From contig JBKHEN010000001.1 of NCBI GenBank assembly GCA_046540795.1, positions 1 through 46,601 of the forward strand: DNA of 46,601 bases, given 5' to 3'. Under the pieces are notes generated by a model. That model did not search any database and was not told where the DNA came from. It saw only the letters and a program-made list of their open reading frames with translations. Positions 16,903-26,006 of this stretch are shown one piece after another. A program made the position numbers and the translations under genes. How positions within the stretch are numbered: the stretch's first letter is position 1; each line of letters begins with the position of its first letter. This stretch comes from Spirochaetaceae bacterium (GTDB taxonomy: Bacteria > Spirochaetota > Spirochaetia > DSM-27196 > PWMO01).

Positions 16903-17750
16903 AGAACACCGTAAAACGGGTGTTGCTGTTCTTCCTGGCAACCCCCGCGCTCCTGGCGGCAATTCTGCTGTTTCCCGAGCCGCAGCACCTCCCGTTTAAG
17001 CTCCTTGTGGTCGTTGCATCCGGGCTTGCCGGCATGGAGGTGCTTGCCATATTCCGCGCCTCGCCGGTAGGGAGCTCCGGGGTTCGAGTCGTTGCGTTTG
17101 CAGCGGGGGCGGCTCCCCCGGCCGCGGCCACCGTCGCCGGCTTTCTCGCGGCGGAGTGGATAGTGTTCACGGTGCTCGTGGCGCTCCCGGCGCTCGTGTT
17201 TGCCGTGGGCGCGCTCTCCACACCGGCCGGACATTTCGAGGCGCTTCTTCCTGCTCTTGCGGCATACTTCTTTGCGATGGTCTACCCCGGGCTCTTTGCC
17301 TTGCACGGCGTATTCATTGCGGGCCTACCCCATGCCTCGATCCTTCTCATCGTCTTTCTGACATCCGTGTTCTTAAACGACTCGACGGCCTACGTCACCG
17401 GGATGCTTTTCGGCGGACGCTCTCGGTCCGTGGTAGCGGTCAGCCCCAACAAAAGCCTCGCCGGGTTCGTCGGCGGTTCAATTGCGTCGGTGGTGGTCAT
17501 CGTGGTCGCCGGCGTCGTTCTACCCCAAGCCTTCCCTGGAACGATCCTCCTCAGGATCCTCTTCGGCGCCGTTCTCGGAGCGGCTACCATACTCGGAGAC
17601 CTCGCGGAAAGCGCACTGAAGCGCTCGGCGTCGGTCAAGGATTCCGGCAACCTGATACCCGGGCGGGGCGGCATCCTTGATTCCGCCGATTCACCGCTGT
17701 ACGTTGCCCCCGTGTTCTACTATCTCTATCTCGCTCTCTTTGGTGGATGA
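16899..17750 (+). CDS. cdsA: Phosphatidate cytidylyltransferase
   Basis: Polytopic membrane protein with the C-terminal CdsA signature SALKRSASVKDSGNLIPGRGGILDSADS. ATGA overlap with uppS. Confidence 0.85.
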   Translation: MKNTVKRVLLFFLATPALLAAILLFPEPQHLPFKLLVVVASGLAGMEVLAIFRASPVGSSGVRVVAFAAGAAPPAAATVAGFLAAEWIVFTVLVALPALVFAVGALSTPAGHFEALLPALAAYFFAMVYPGLFALHGVFIAGLPHASILLIVFLTSVFLNDSTAYVTGMLFGGRSRSVVAVSPNKSLAGFVGGSIASVVVIVVAGVVLPQAFPGTILLRILFGAVLGAATILGDLAESALKRSASVKDSGNLIPGRGGILDSADSPLYVAPVFYYLYLALFGG

Positions 17751-17753
17751 CCC

Positions 17754-19106
17754 ATGTTGTTGAATATCGCCATCGGCCTTTTGGGCCTGGGCATCGTCGT
17801 ATTCGTACACGAAGCCGGACATCTCGTGGTAGCAAAGCTGGTCGGCATCGACGTAGAGGCGTTTTCGCTGGGATGGGGGCGCAAGCTCACCGGCTTCGTC
17901 TACAGGGGCACGGAGTACCGCGTGTCCGTATTCCCGATCGGCGGCTACTGCAAAATGCGCGGGGACGAGGCCTTGCAGCGGGCCTACCAGAACGGAGACC
18001 GTACGATACCCAAGGAAAAGGGGTCCTTTTTCGGTGCCCCACCCTTTCACCGGATCCTTGTTGCCTTTGCCGGCCCCGCGGTGAACCTGCTGTTTTCGAT
18101 CGTCGTTCTTGCGACTATGTGGTGGATCGGTTTCACCATCCAGACCTTCGACAACCGCGTGGTGTTGGCCGCCGACTTCGAGACCGCAGAGGAAACCCCG
18201 ATGACCGCCGCCGAAGCGGGCATCGAGACGGGGGATGTTATCCGCGGGATAAACGACACGGAGGTTACTTCGTTTCGCGACATAAGCCGCGAGGTTTCCA
18301 CCGCGGCCGAGCGAGAGCTTCGCTTCGAGGTCGAGCGTAACGGGCGAATACTGGAGATCCCGGTGGTGCCTGAGCTGGATTCCGACACCGGCGCGGGGCA
18401 GATCGGAGTGTATCCGTGGATCGATCCCGTCGTTGAGTCAGTCCGGCCGGAGAGCCCGGCTGCGCAGGCGGGTCTTCGCAACGAGGACCGCATCATCGAA
18501 GCCGACGGCCAGGAAATCCCCCACTCCACTGCCCTCGCCCAGGCGGTCGCTCAAGGAGAGGGCGAAATCGAGCTCCTGGTGGAACGCGACGGCACCCGTC
18601 GGACTCTTACCGTACCCACAGCGAATAATCTTTCGGAGCTGGGAATTACCTTCCGACCGGAGACGGTAGAGACCCCCGATCTCGGTGTTTTCGGCGCGGT
18701 TGCCCGGGGGACATCGGAAACCTGGGAGACTCTGAGCATGACGGTACGCGGAATAGGGATGCTGTTTCGCGGCGTGGACATGACCCAGGCGGTGGCGGGC
18801 CCCATCCGGATCACCTATTTCGTCGGAGAAGTCGCCACCGAGGGGCTCAGCTCCGGCATCGGCGGCGGGCTGCGCGCGTTCTTCAGCTTTCTCAGCCTAT
18901 TGAGTGTCGCGCTTTTCTTTATGAATCTTTTGCCCATACCCGTCCTTGACGGAGGACAGATTGTGCTCTATACCGTTGAAGGGTTGTCGGGTCGTGACCT
19001 GCATCCGCGATTCGTCTACGGATACCAGGTCGTCGGTATGATTATGGTGTTCATGCTGTTGTTTTTCGCGTTGTTCAACGACATACTCTTCTTTAGCGGA
19101 AGATGA
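17754..19106 (+). CDS. rseP: RIP metalloprotease RseP (site-2 protease)
   Basis: HEAGH zinc motif in TM1, an internal PDZ region, and C-terminal NLLPIPVLDGG. Confidence 0.9.
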   Translation: MLLNIAIGLLGLGIVVFVHEAGHLVVAKLVGIDVEAFSLGWGRKLTGFVYRGTEYRVSVFPIGGYCKMRGDEALQRAYQNGDRTIPKEKGSFFGAPPFHRILVAFAGPAVNLLFSIVVLATMWWIGFTIQTFDNRVVLAADFETAEETPMTAAEAGIETGDVIRGINDTEVTSFRDISREVSTAAERELRFEVERNGRILEIPVVPELDSDTGAGQIGVYPWIDPVVESVRPESPAAQAGLRNEDRIIEADGQEIPHSTALAQAVAQGEGEIELLVERDGTRRTLTVPTANNLSELGITFRPETVETPDLGVFGAVARGTSETWETLSMTVRGIGMLFRGVDMTQAVAGPIRITYFVGEVATEGLSSGIGGGLRAFFSFLSLLSVALFFMNLLPIPVLDGGQIVLYTVEGLSGRDLHPRFVYGYQVVGMIMVFMLLFFALFNDILFFSGR

Positions 19107-21190
19107 GCCGGCAACCGATGAAAAAGAGGATCCTTCTAGCTTTGCGCATGCTGTCGTCCGCAATTGTACTTCTGTTTTTCTTCGGCGTCTCCTGCGCCAC
19201 GGCGGAGGTAGCGGTTCAGACTTCACACGTGGGGTCGGTACGCGCCATCGCGTATCACGCCGCCACGGCAAGCGTCGTCACCGGCGGCAGTGACGGCCGC
19301 ATACACGTATGGGATACCGAACAGGAGCGCGTCGTTCGGTCCCTGCAGACGGGCTCGACGGCGATACAGGCGCTTGCCTTGCATCCGAACATGCCCCATG
19401 CGGCGGTCGTCGGAGCGGCGCCGGGAGGAGGCTACCGTCTACAGGTATGGGACGTGGAGGAACGATCCCGCCTGTTCTCCCAGGATCTACGGACCACACC
19501 CGTTGTTCTTTCCTACTCACCGAGCGGCGAATTTCTCATAGTGGGAGAATCCCGGGGCTCGGGGATGACCTATCTCGATTCGGAGACCGGCGTATCACTG
19601 CCGTATCCCGAGGTTCCTCAAGGAATCGTCACCTATGCCACCGTGGGCAGCAGCGAGCAGTCCCTGATGACGTATCTCGGAGCGGACGGTAGTATTCAGT
19701 ACTGGAATCTCGCGGACGCCGAGATCATCGGAGAGGCGCGGACGGAGCCGAATCTGGCGCAGATGCGCGTACTCGACAACAAGCGCTACGCCGCGGCCGT
19801 CGACGGAGACGACCTCGTGGTGGTAGACATTGTCGACGGCAACCTGGCAGACCGTGTCGAGCTCGACGGTATCGAGTATTTGACCGTGTCGCGGCCGGGG
19901 GGACGGATCGTTGTCCTTGAGGACCACGAAGACGGCCGGCGCGTAAGCGTCTGGCAGTTCGAGGGAGGGGCTCTGCGGCGCGAGCGCATCCACGAACACT
20001 CGCAGCTCGAGGAGATGAACGTCGTAACCCTCGTCGAGGAGGAGCTGTACGGAGGATCACAGGACGGAGAGCTCTATCTTTTCCGCGCCACAAACACCGG
20101 GGACGAAGGCCGGCGGTTGGTCCGGAACGTCGTGGAGCCGATACACGACGTCGCCCTTACCGACGATACTCTGTACGTGAATGTCGGCGAGCGTATTGCA
20201 GCCATCCACTCGGATTTCTTCACACCCGACGGGCCACGGCTCGAGGACGTAGAGACGGTAGAAACCGAAGACATCGACAACCCTGCCGACGGCCCGCTTC
20301 GCATGAGCGCCGTCTCCGATACGGAGGTAATCCTCTGGGGGGGAGACGCCGACCGAGAGGACGGGTCCACCCTCTTTCTGCTGCGCGACGGACGTGTCGC
20401 GGCGGAACATACCATGGATTCCTCGGTTCGCGACGTCATACCTTTCGGCGACGACAGCGTTCTGGTCGTAACACGCAGCGACGTGCTGTATCGGCTTTCC
20501 ATACCCGACTTCGAGCAGCGGCTACGGTACTCGGCTTTGGGAATGGAGACAGCGGTGGGGGCGGAGGAGTTCGGCGTGGTGGTCGGTAAGTCCCGCGCCG
20601 GGTTTCTCGAGAGCTCGGTTCTGGCCATCGATCCGGCGAACCTGGAGACGGTTCCCCTGGATACCGAAGCCTTTCTCGTCTTCGATCTGGCATACAACGG
20701 GGAGACCGGAGACCTGTTCGCCTTGGGCATATCGCGAAACGGGAGCACCCGGACCATCGTCACGCAGTTCTCCGGTCTGGCCGATCTCGTGCATCCCACG
20801 ACGATCTATCGGACCGACGGCGAATACCTCGACAGCTCCCTTGCTTTAGATCCGGCGAGCGGCGCTTTGTATACTTCCGCCGGTCCTTCCGGAATCACCC
20901 GTATAGACGGGGAAGAGAATCCCCTTTTCGGAGAGGAAGTTCACGCCACACAACGCCTCCAATCGGCAGGCGGCATCATATGGTCGGTCAATCGAAACGG
21001 CAGCGTCTCCCTCTGGAACCCCGAAACCGGAGAGCGAACCGGTGACCTGTACTTCTTCGACGACGAGGGGTGGGCGCTCCTTACCGCGGAAGGACGCTAC
21101 TTCGCTTCCTCCGAGCAAGCGGAAGCGTTCATGGCTTCGGTCTCGGGCCGCCGGGAAACCCGGGCGTTTCGGCTCCGGCTCTCCGAGTGA
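19103..21190 (+). CDS. WD40/beta-propeller repeat protein with signal or lipoprotein-like N-terminus
   Basis: 695 aa. The N-terminus is KKRILLALRMLSSAIVLLFFFGVSC. WD-like repeats are present (HVGSVRAIAYH..TGGSDGRIHVWD; LQVWDVEE; GSIQYWNL; VSLWNPETG). ATGA overlap with the rseP stop. Confidence 0.7.
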   Translation: MSRQPMKKRILLALRMLSSAIVLLFFFGVSCATAEVAVQTSHVGSVRAIAYHAATASVVTGGSDGRIHVWDTEQERVVRSLQTGSTAIQALALHPNMPHAAVVGAAPGGGYRLQVWDVEERSRLFSQDLRTTPVVLSYSPSGEFLIVGESRGSGMTYLDSETGVSLPYPEVPQGIVTYATVGSSEQSLMTYLGADGSIQYWNLADAEIIGEARTEPNLAQMRVLDNKRYAAAVDGDDLVVVDIVDGNLADRVELDGIEYLTVSRPGGRIVVLEDHEDGRRVSVWQFEGGALRRERIHEHSQLEEMNVVTLVEEELYGGSQDGELYLFRATNTGDEGRRLVRNVVEPIHDVALTDDTLYVNVGERIAAIHSDFFTPDGPRLEDVETVETEDIDNPADGPLRMSAVSDTEVILWGGDADREDGSTLFLLRDGRVAAEHTMDSSVRDVIPFGDDSVLVVTRSDVLYRLSIPDFEQRLRYSALGMETAVGAEEFGVVVGKSRAGFLESSVLAIDPANLETVPLDTEAFLVFDLAYNGETGDLFALGISRNGSTRTIVTQFSGLADLVHPTTIYRTDGEYLDSSLALDPASGALYTSAGPSGITRIDGEENPLFGEEVHATQRLQSAGGIIWSVNRNGSVSLWNPETGERTGDLYFFDDEGWALLTAEGRYFASSEQAEAFMASVSGRRETRAFRLRLSE

Positions 21191-21247
21191 GGCGATATCG
21201 GCGGCATCCCGCCTCCGAAGGACGAAGGAACGCCCGGACCGCAAGCC

Positions 21248-21550
21248 TTAGCTGCCGATATCCGAAGGCGGGTTCTCTCGGACAATCCGAATCGCTTCCC
21301 GAACCGCTCGCTCCACCCGATCGTGATGCGCACTATTGAGCTCCGGGGCATAGATCCGCCCGAGTAGGGTCGCCCGATACATCGGTGGAACGTGATTCAA
21401 GGCGTAAGCCGCCATGTCGAGAACGCATTCCTCCTCCCGACACACCGTTGCGTTCTCCTCCAGCTGCAACTGTCGCTCCAGCTCATCGAGCACCAGATTG
21501 AACGCCTCATTCTCCAGATAGTCGAAGTTATACTCGTCTCTCAACGCCAT
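21248..21550 (-). CDS. ComFB-family (late competence development protein ComFB-like) small protein
   Basis: 100 aa. The pattern VCREEECVLDMAAYALNHVPPMY matches the Cys-x-x-Cys..ALN..PP.Y core I remember for PF10719. Confidence 0.6.
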   Translation of the reverse strand: MALRDEYNFDYLENEAFNLVLDELERQLQLEENATVCREEECVLDMAAYALNHVPPMYRATLLGRIYAPELNSAHHDRVERAVREAIRIVRENPPSDIGS

Positions 21551-21616
21551 CCTGCACCCCTTTCGTTTTCCATGGTGCCGCCGATGCGCAGACAGACACC
21601 TTCACCGCCACCGGCG

Positions 21617-22966
21617 CTATCGTGCCACCGGCTCCTGCCGCAACGACTCGAACTTGGTGTACTTCGGTACAAACGCTATCTTCACCGTTCCCACCGGCCC
21701 GTTTCGCTGCTTTGCCACCACCAACTCCGTCTCCACGACACCTTGTTGATCCTCGGCCCCTACGGCGTCGTTCTGCCGCTCTCGATGCAGGAAGATAACC
21801 ACGTCCGCGTCCTGCTCGATCGACCCGGACTCCCGGATATTCGCCAGCGACGGCCGCTTACCCTCCGAATCCCGTGTAAGCTGCGAAAGCGCGATGATCG
21901 GAACCTTCAGCTCCCGCGCGAGAGCCTTCAGCGAGCGCGAGATCTCCGCCACTTGCTCATGGCGGGGCAGATCGGTATTCTCCGAGGTTATGAGGGTGAT
22001 GTAGTCGACAAAGAGAATACGGATCCCCTCGTGAGAAACCATTCGCCGTGCCTGAGCCCGGAGATCCAGTAGAGGGATGTTCGGCGTGTCATTGATCCAC
22101 AGAGGCGACTCGTAAATGAGACCCGCCGCGTCGGTGAGATTCTTGAAATCGGAAGGCTTCAGCATGCCCGTGCGGATGGTTTGAGAGCCGATACGGGCCT
22201 CTGCGGCAATGAGCCGCTGCATCAATGCCATATTCGACATCTCCGCCGTAAAGAAACCGACCGGAATGTGCCGGTGGATGGCCATGTGCCCGGCCATGGT
22301 CAGTGCAAGAGCCGTCTTTCCGACGGACGGACGGGCCCCGATAATAATGAGCTCCGAGTCCTGGAACCCGCTGAGCATGTTATCGAGATCCGGGAATCCC
22401 GAGGGCACGCCCGTATAGCTGTCCTTGGTCTTGTACAGCCGCTCGATCGCCTCCACCGTCTCCTGAACGATGTCCTTCGCCTTGCGGAAGCTTTCGGTAT
22501 TGCGGCTGTCGGCTATCTCGAAGATGCGTCGTTCGGCCTCTTCGAGAAGCCTGCGACTCTCCTGACCGTCCTCGTACGCGGTGGAAATGATTTCGCTCGA
22601 AACGCGCAGGAGCTTACGGCGGACACTGGTCTCGCGCACGATGCGCGCGTAGTACTCTACGTTGGCACTGGTCGGTACTGCCTCGGTGAGAGAAGAGACG
22701 TACGCCGGCCCACCCACTGCAGCGAGGGTTCCGCGGTTTCTGAGCTCCTGCGTGACGGTGATGTAGTCGATCTCCTCGGCACGCTCCGAGAGCTCGAGGA
22801 CGGCTTCGAAGATCCGTGCGTTTGCACTGCGGTAGAAGTCCTCCGAGCGCAGATACGCCAGCACCCGGCCGAGCGCTTCGGGATCGAGAAGAATGGCGCC
22901 GAGCGTCGCCGCTTCGGCCTCGTTGTTGTGCGGCGGAACTCTGTCCTTCAGTGACTCTCCGCTCAT
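21617..22966 (-). CDS. dnaB: Replicative DNA helicase DnaB
   Basis: N-terminal PPHNNEAEAATLGAILLDPE, Walker A GARPSVGKTA, and ALSQLTRDSE; 449 aa, no intein. Confidence 0.95.
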   Translation of the reverse strand: MSGESLKDRVPPHNNEAEAATLGAILLDPEALGRVLAYLRSEDFYRSANARIFEAVLELSERAEEIDYITVTQELRNRGTLAAVGGPAYVSSLTEAVPTSANVEYYARIVRETSVRRKLLRVSSEIISTAYEDGQESRRLLEEAERRIFEIADSRNTESFRKAKDIVQETVEAIERLYKTKDSYTGVPSGFPDLDNMLSGFQDSELIIIGARPSVGKTALALTMAGHMAIHRHIPVGFFTAEMSNMALMQRLIAAEARIGSQTIRTGMLKPSDFKNLTDAAGLIYESPLWINDTPNIPLLDLRAQARRMVSHEGIRILFVDYITLITSENTDLPRHEQVAEISRSLKALARELKVPIIALSQLTRDSEGKRPSLANIRESGSIEQDADVVIFLHRERQNDAVGAEDQQGVVETELVVAKQRNGPVGTVKIAFVPKYTKFESLRQEPVAR

Positions 22967-22978
22967 CCTGCAGAGAGG

Positions 22979-23590
22979 TTACACCGAATCGGGCTCTTCC
23001 GAAACCGCCTCGTCGCCGGTTTCCGCCGTTTCCGCGGTTTCCGCCGCAGCACCCTGCTGCTCAGCCCCCTCTTCCGAGGACTCGGCGGATTCCGCCTCGG
23101 TCGGGCGGGTACCGGGCTTGGACTCCGGACGAACGGTACTCTTCTCGTCGGGTTCGACGACTACCTTCAGCTGCGCTTCCTCCTCACCGTAGAGGCGAAC
23201 CCCGACGGTGTGCGTCCCGAGAGTCTTGATCGTGCTTCCCTCGACGTCGATCTTCTTCCGCTCCACCTCGATGCCCCGCTTCTCCAGCTCCCCGGCGATC
23301 GTTCCGGTGGTTACCGATCCGAAGAGCTTCCCCCTCTCGCCGGCGGTCATGCGAATGACCAGCGGCTCATTCTCCAGGCGTTCCTTGGCGCTCTGAGCAT
23401 GACGCCGCTTCTCCTCCTTGCGCTTCTCGATGGTAGCTCTTCGGCTCTCCACCAGGGCGAGATTCTGCCTCGAATACGGCAGCACCATTCCGCGGGGAAT
23501 GAGAAAGTTACGTGCGTAGCCCGGAGCCACGTCCCGGATGTCCCCTTCTTCTCCAAGACTCGGGACATCGCTATTCAGAATTACCTTCAT
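22979..23590 (-). CDS. rplI: 50S ribosomal protein L9 with a ~55-aa acidic C-terminal tail
   Basis: Starts at the ATG at 23590 (MKVILNSDVPSLGEEGDIRDVAPGYARNFLIPRG). The ORF-track upstream 82 aa overlap the preceding gene and are Cys/Trp/Arg-rich junk. Confidence 0.9.
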   Translation of the reverse strand: MKVILNSDVPSLGEEGDIRDVAPGYARNFLIPRGMVLPYSRQNLALVESRRATIEKRKEEKRRHAQSAKERLENEPLVIRMTAGERGKLFGSVTTGTIAGELEKRGIEVERKKIDVEGSTIKTLGTHTVGVRLYGEEEAQLKVVVEPDEKSTVRPESKPGTRPTEAESAESSEEGAEQQGAAAETAETAETGDEAVSEEPDSV

Positions 23591-23591
23591 T

Positions 23592-24548
23592 TCAAGAGCT
23601 CCTTTCACCAGATCGAAAGTGTACCCATGTTTCCGCCACGCCGAGACCGGGAAGCCCGAACAACACCAGGAAGTTTGCCCCCGGAACCACCAACAGAACA
23701 GCCAGGATCGCACCGATCCCGATGCGAAAGCCCTGCGGCACCGTGTACTGGTCCAGCAACGACCACAGGATCCCCAACCCCTGCCCTCCGTAGAGAAACA
23801 GCACGATAAACAGCGCGTTCCACGACAGATGCTCAAAAACCCCGAGATTACCCGCCAGTCCCAGTAGCGCTGCCAAGGCGGCCGCCACCAGCACCCAGAT
23901 GAAAACTTCCGGAACGCGATAATCCCGGAGCCGAAACGCCCGGCTGCCGCCGGATCGTGCCCCGATCAACTGACCGAGGTACCAGTTGGCCGCCAGCACC
24001 GCGCTGTACGCGAACAGGTATGTGCTCAAAAGCATGTCGAACACTGCCCGCATGAGCGCGTCCACCGTGGCGAACCGCCCGAAGCTACCGCCTTCCCCCT
24101 CTCCGCCGAAGGCTCGGTGCAGGAGCTCCAGTTGCCCCCGCAGCACATCCATCGCTATGGAGCTCGAGGAGGTCACCATAATCACCGGAACGCTCAGCGC
24201 CCCGGCAATCATCACCGCCTGTATCAGGCGGTATAGCCGCCGCATGCCGACGATTCTCCGCGTCTCCAGGAGATACATCCCCGCGAGAAACGCCGCCGGC
24301 GGCGCTAGTTCCAGAAGCAGGATCGCCAAATCCCACTCCGCCTCGGCTCGTGCCAGTCCGAGCCCCCGTGAGACCACGATGATCCCCGCGGCAAAAACAC
24401 ACCCATAGCCGAGCATCTCGGAGCCGTGCCGCTTGGCCAGCACGGCGAGCGGCACGAGAAACACGAACACCAGCAATGCCGACTGGTAGAGAAACGCGGC
24501 CAGCACCGCAAGGAGTGCCGTCTCCAACCAGACGCTGCGCTCGCTCAT
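23592..24548 (-). CDS. DUF2232 / YybS-like polytopic membrane protein
   Basis: About 318 aa with multiple TM helices, sitting between rpsR and rplI, the position yybS occupies in Firmicutes. The ATG at 24548 overlaps the rpsR stop (TGATG); the TTG at 24551 in the ORF track is less likely. Confidence 0.6.
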   Translation of the reverse strand: MSERSVWLETALLAVLAAFLYQSALLVFVFLVPLAVLAKRHGSEMLGYGCVFAAGIIVVSRGLGLARAEAEWDLAILLLELAPPAAFLAGMYLLETRRIVGMRRLYRLIQAVMIAGALSVPVIMVTSSSSIAMDVLRGQLELLHRAFGGEGEGGSFGRFATVDALMRAVFDMLLSTYLFAYSAVLAANWYLGQLIGARSGGSRAFRLRDYRVPEVFIWVLVAAALAALLGLAGNLGVFEHLSWNALFIVLFLYGGQGLGILWSLLDQYTVPQGFRIGIGAILAVLLVVPGANFLVLFGLPGLGVAETWVHFRSGERSS

Positions 24549-25192
24549 CAACCCATCGGTAGCAGGGCCAAATATCTGGCGCGTTTGACCTCTCGTACAA
24601 GCCGGCGTTGGTTCTTTGCGGAAGTTCCGGTAATCCGACGCGGGAGGATCTTCCCGCTGTCGGTCACAAAGCGTCGGAGCACGTCCGGACGCTTGTAGTC
24701 GATCGTCAGATTCTGGGTCTCTATCTTGTCGACCTTCTTCCGGAAGTAGACTTTGCCGCGCCCGCGATATCCGCCTCGGCCACCGCGCCCACCCGGGCCG
24801 CCGCGGTCGCCCCGATCACCGGGACCACCGCGATCACTCGAGCCGCCGCGTCCACCGAACCCGCCGCGATCACTCGAGTCGCCGCGGTCGCCGGATCCTC
24901 CGCGATCACCGCGGGCGTCACCCGCGCGTCCTCCGCCGAGACCCCCGCCGCGGTCTACGGTTGTACGGCCTTGAGGGCTTCGGGCTTCCGCACTTTGGCC
25001 TTCGGCGCTGCCGCTTTGAGCACTTTGGCCTCCGGCACCCGAGCCTTCGGCGCTGTCGCCTTCAACGTCGGAGCCCGTACCAACGCCCGCGCCTGTAGCC
25101 TCAGGCTGCTCCGCCGAGCGCTCGGTGCTTTCCTGCCTATCTTCGCTCACCGTCTCCCGGTTCTCTTCGTCTTTCGGAGTTTCTTCCGCCAT
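24548..25192 (-). CDS. rpsR: 30S ribosomal protein S18 with a ~140-aa N-terminal acidic plus RGG-repeat extension
   Basis: The C-terminal 70 aa are canonical S18 ([48 protein letters not shown]). The ATG at 25192 is 15 nt after the ssb stop. The only other in-frame ATG/GTG/TTG before the S18 core is a GTG at codon 15. Confidence 0.85.
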   Translation of the reverse strand: MAEETPKDEENRETVSEDRQESTERSAEQPEATGAGVGTGSDVEGDSAEGSGAGGQSAQSGSAEGQSAEARSPQGRTTVDRGGGLGGGRAGDARGDRGGSGDRGDSSDRGGFGGRGGSSDRGGPGDRGDRGGPGGRGGRGGYRGRGKVYFRKKVDKIETQNLTIDYKRPDVLRRFVTDSGKILPRRITGTSAKNQRRLVREVKRARYLALLPMG

Positions 25193-25207
25193 ATACGTCC
25201 TCCTTGC

Positions 25208-25675
25208 CTAGAACGGCACATCGTCGTCAAAAGAATCGTCTTCGGGCGGTGGAGGTGCCGGGCCGAACCCCGCATCACCGCCGCCCCCGGAAGGCGCGGG
25301 CCGGTCCCGGTCCGCCGCGGACCCGCCTCCCCCGCCCGGCGCGCCGCCGGGACCGCCGAGAAGCTGGAGATTGATGGCGTGCACGAGGACTTTGCTGCGG
25401 GTCTGGCCGTCTTTCTCCCAGCGATCCTGCCGCAGCTCTCCCTGCACGCCGACCTGTTTACCCTTGGTCATGAACCGCTGCACCGCTTCCGCCTGCCGTC
25501 CGAAGAGCTCCACATCAAAAAAATTGGCCTCATCGGTCCACTGGTCCCCTTGCTTGCGGCGACGATTTATGGCCATAGAGAAGGTCAGGATCGGTGTGCC
25601 GCTGTTCGCGTAGCGCAGCTCCGCGTCCCGGACGAGATTTCCGATGAGAACGACGTGATTGATGTTGCCGGCCAT
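25208..25675 (-). CDS. ssb: Single-stranded DNA-binding protein
   Basis: OB-fold N-terminus (NHVVLIGNLVRDAELRY), a Gly/Pro-rich linker, and the acidic tip DDDVPF. Confidence 0.95.
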   Translation of the reverse strand: MAGNINHVVLIGNLVRDAELRYANSGTPILTFSMAINRRRKQGDQWTDEANFFDVELFGRQAEAVQRFMTKGKQVGVQGELRQDRWEKDGQTRSKVLVHAINLQLLGGPGGAPGGGGGSAADRDRPAPSGGGGDAGFGPAPPPPEDDSFDDDVPF

Positions 25676-25676
25676 G

Positions 25677-25958
25677 TCAGTCCTCCCGGCGAACCAGCAG
25701 GAACCGCAGCATGTCGACTTTGAGCTTCAGTTGATCTTCCGTCTGCTGGACTGAAGCAGGATCCATCTCCGTGACGAATAGATAGTAGTGACCCTGATTC
25801 ATTTTCCGGATGGGATAGGCCAACGTGCGACGGCCCATGTCTTCTTCTTTCGTAATGTTGGCGCCCAGGTTCTCAAGCTCGGCCCGGACCGCGTCCCGGC
25901 CGGCACTGAACGCTTCCTCTTCGGGGCGGAATACACACACCGCCTCATACGTACGCAT
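25677..25958 (-). CDS. rpsF: 30S ribosomal protein S6
   Basis: Starts at the ATG at 25958 (MRTYEAVCVFRPEEE...) with AAGGAGGAG upstream; 93 aa, typical S6. Confidence 0.9.
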   Translation of the reverse strand: MRTYEAVCVFRPEEEAFSAGRDAVRAELENLGANITKEEDMGRRTLAYPIRKMNQGHYYLFVTEMDPASVQQTEDQLKLKVDMLRFLLVRRED

Positions 25959-25983
25959 TGGCTCCTCCTTGTGGCCTTGATCG

Positions 25984-26006
25984 ACCACCGATACAATGTC
26001 GGTGGT
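25984..26006 (-). promoter_or_regulatory. Perfect 8-bp-stem hairpin in the predicted rpsF 5' leader
   Basis: accaccga (25984-25991) and tcggtggt (25999-26006) are exact reverse complements around a 7-nt loop. The hairpin lies between a candidate minus-strand promoter (TTGACA 26050-26045, N18, TAGGTT 26026-26021) and the rpsF SD. The loop is also the TACAAT of a candidate plus-strand promoter (TTGTGG 25969-25974, N17, TACAAT 25992-25997). Confidence 0.35.
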
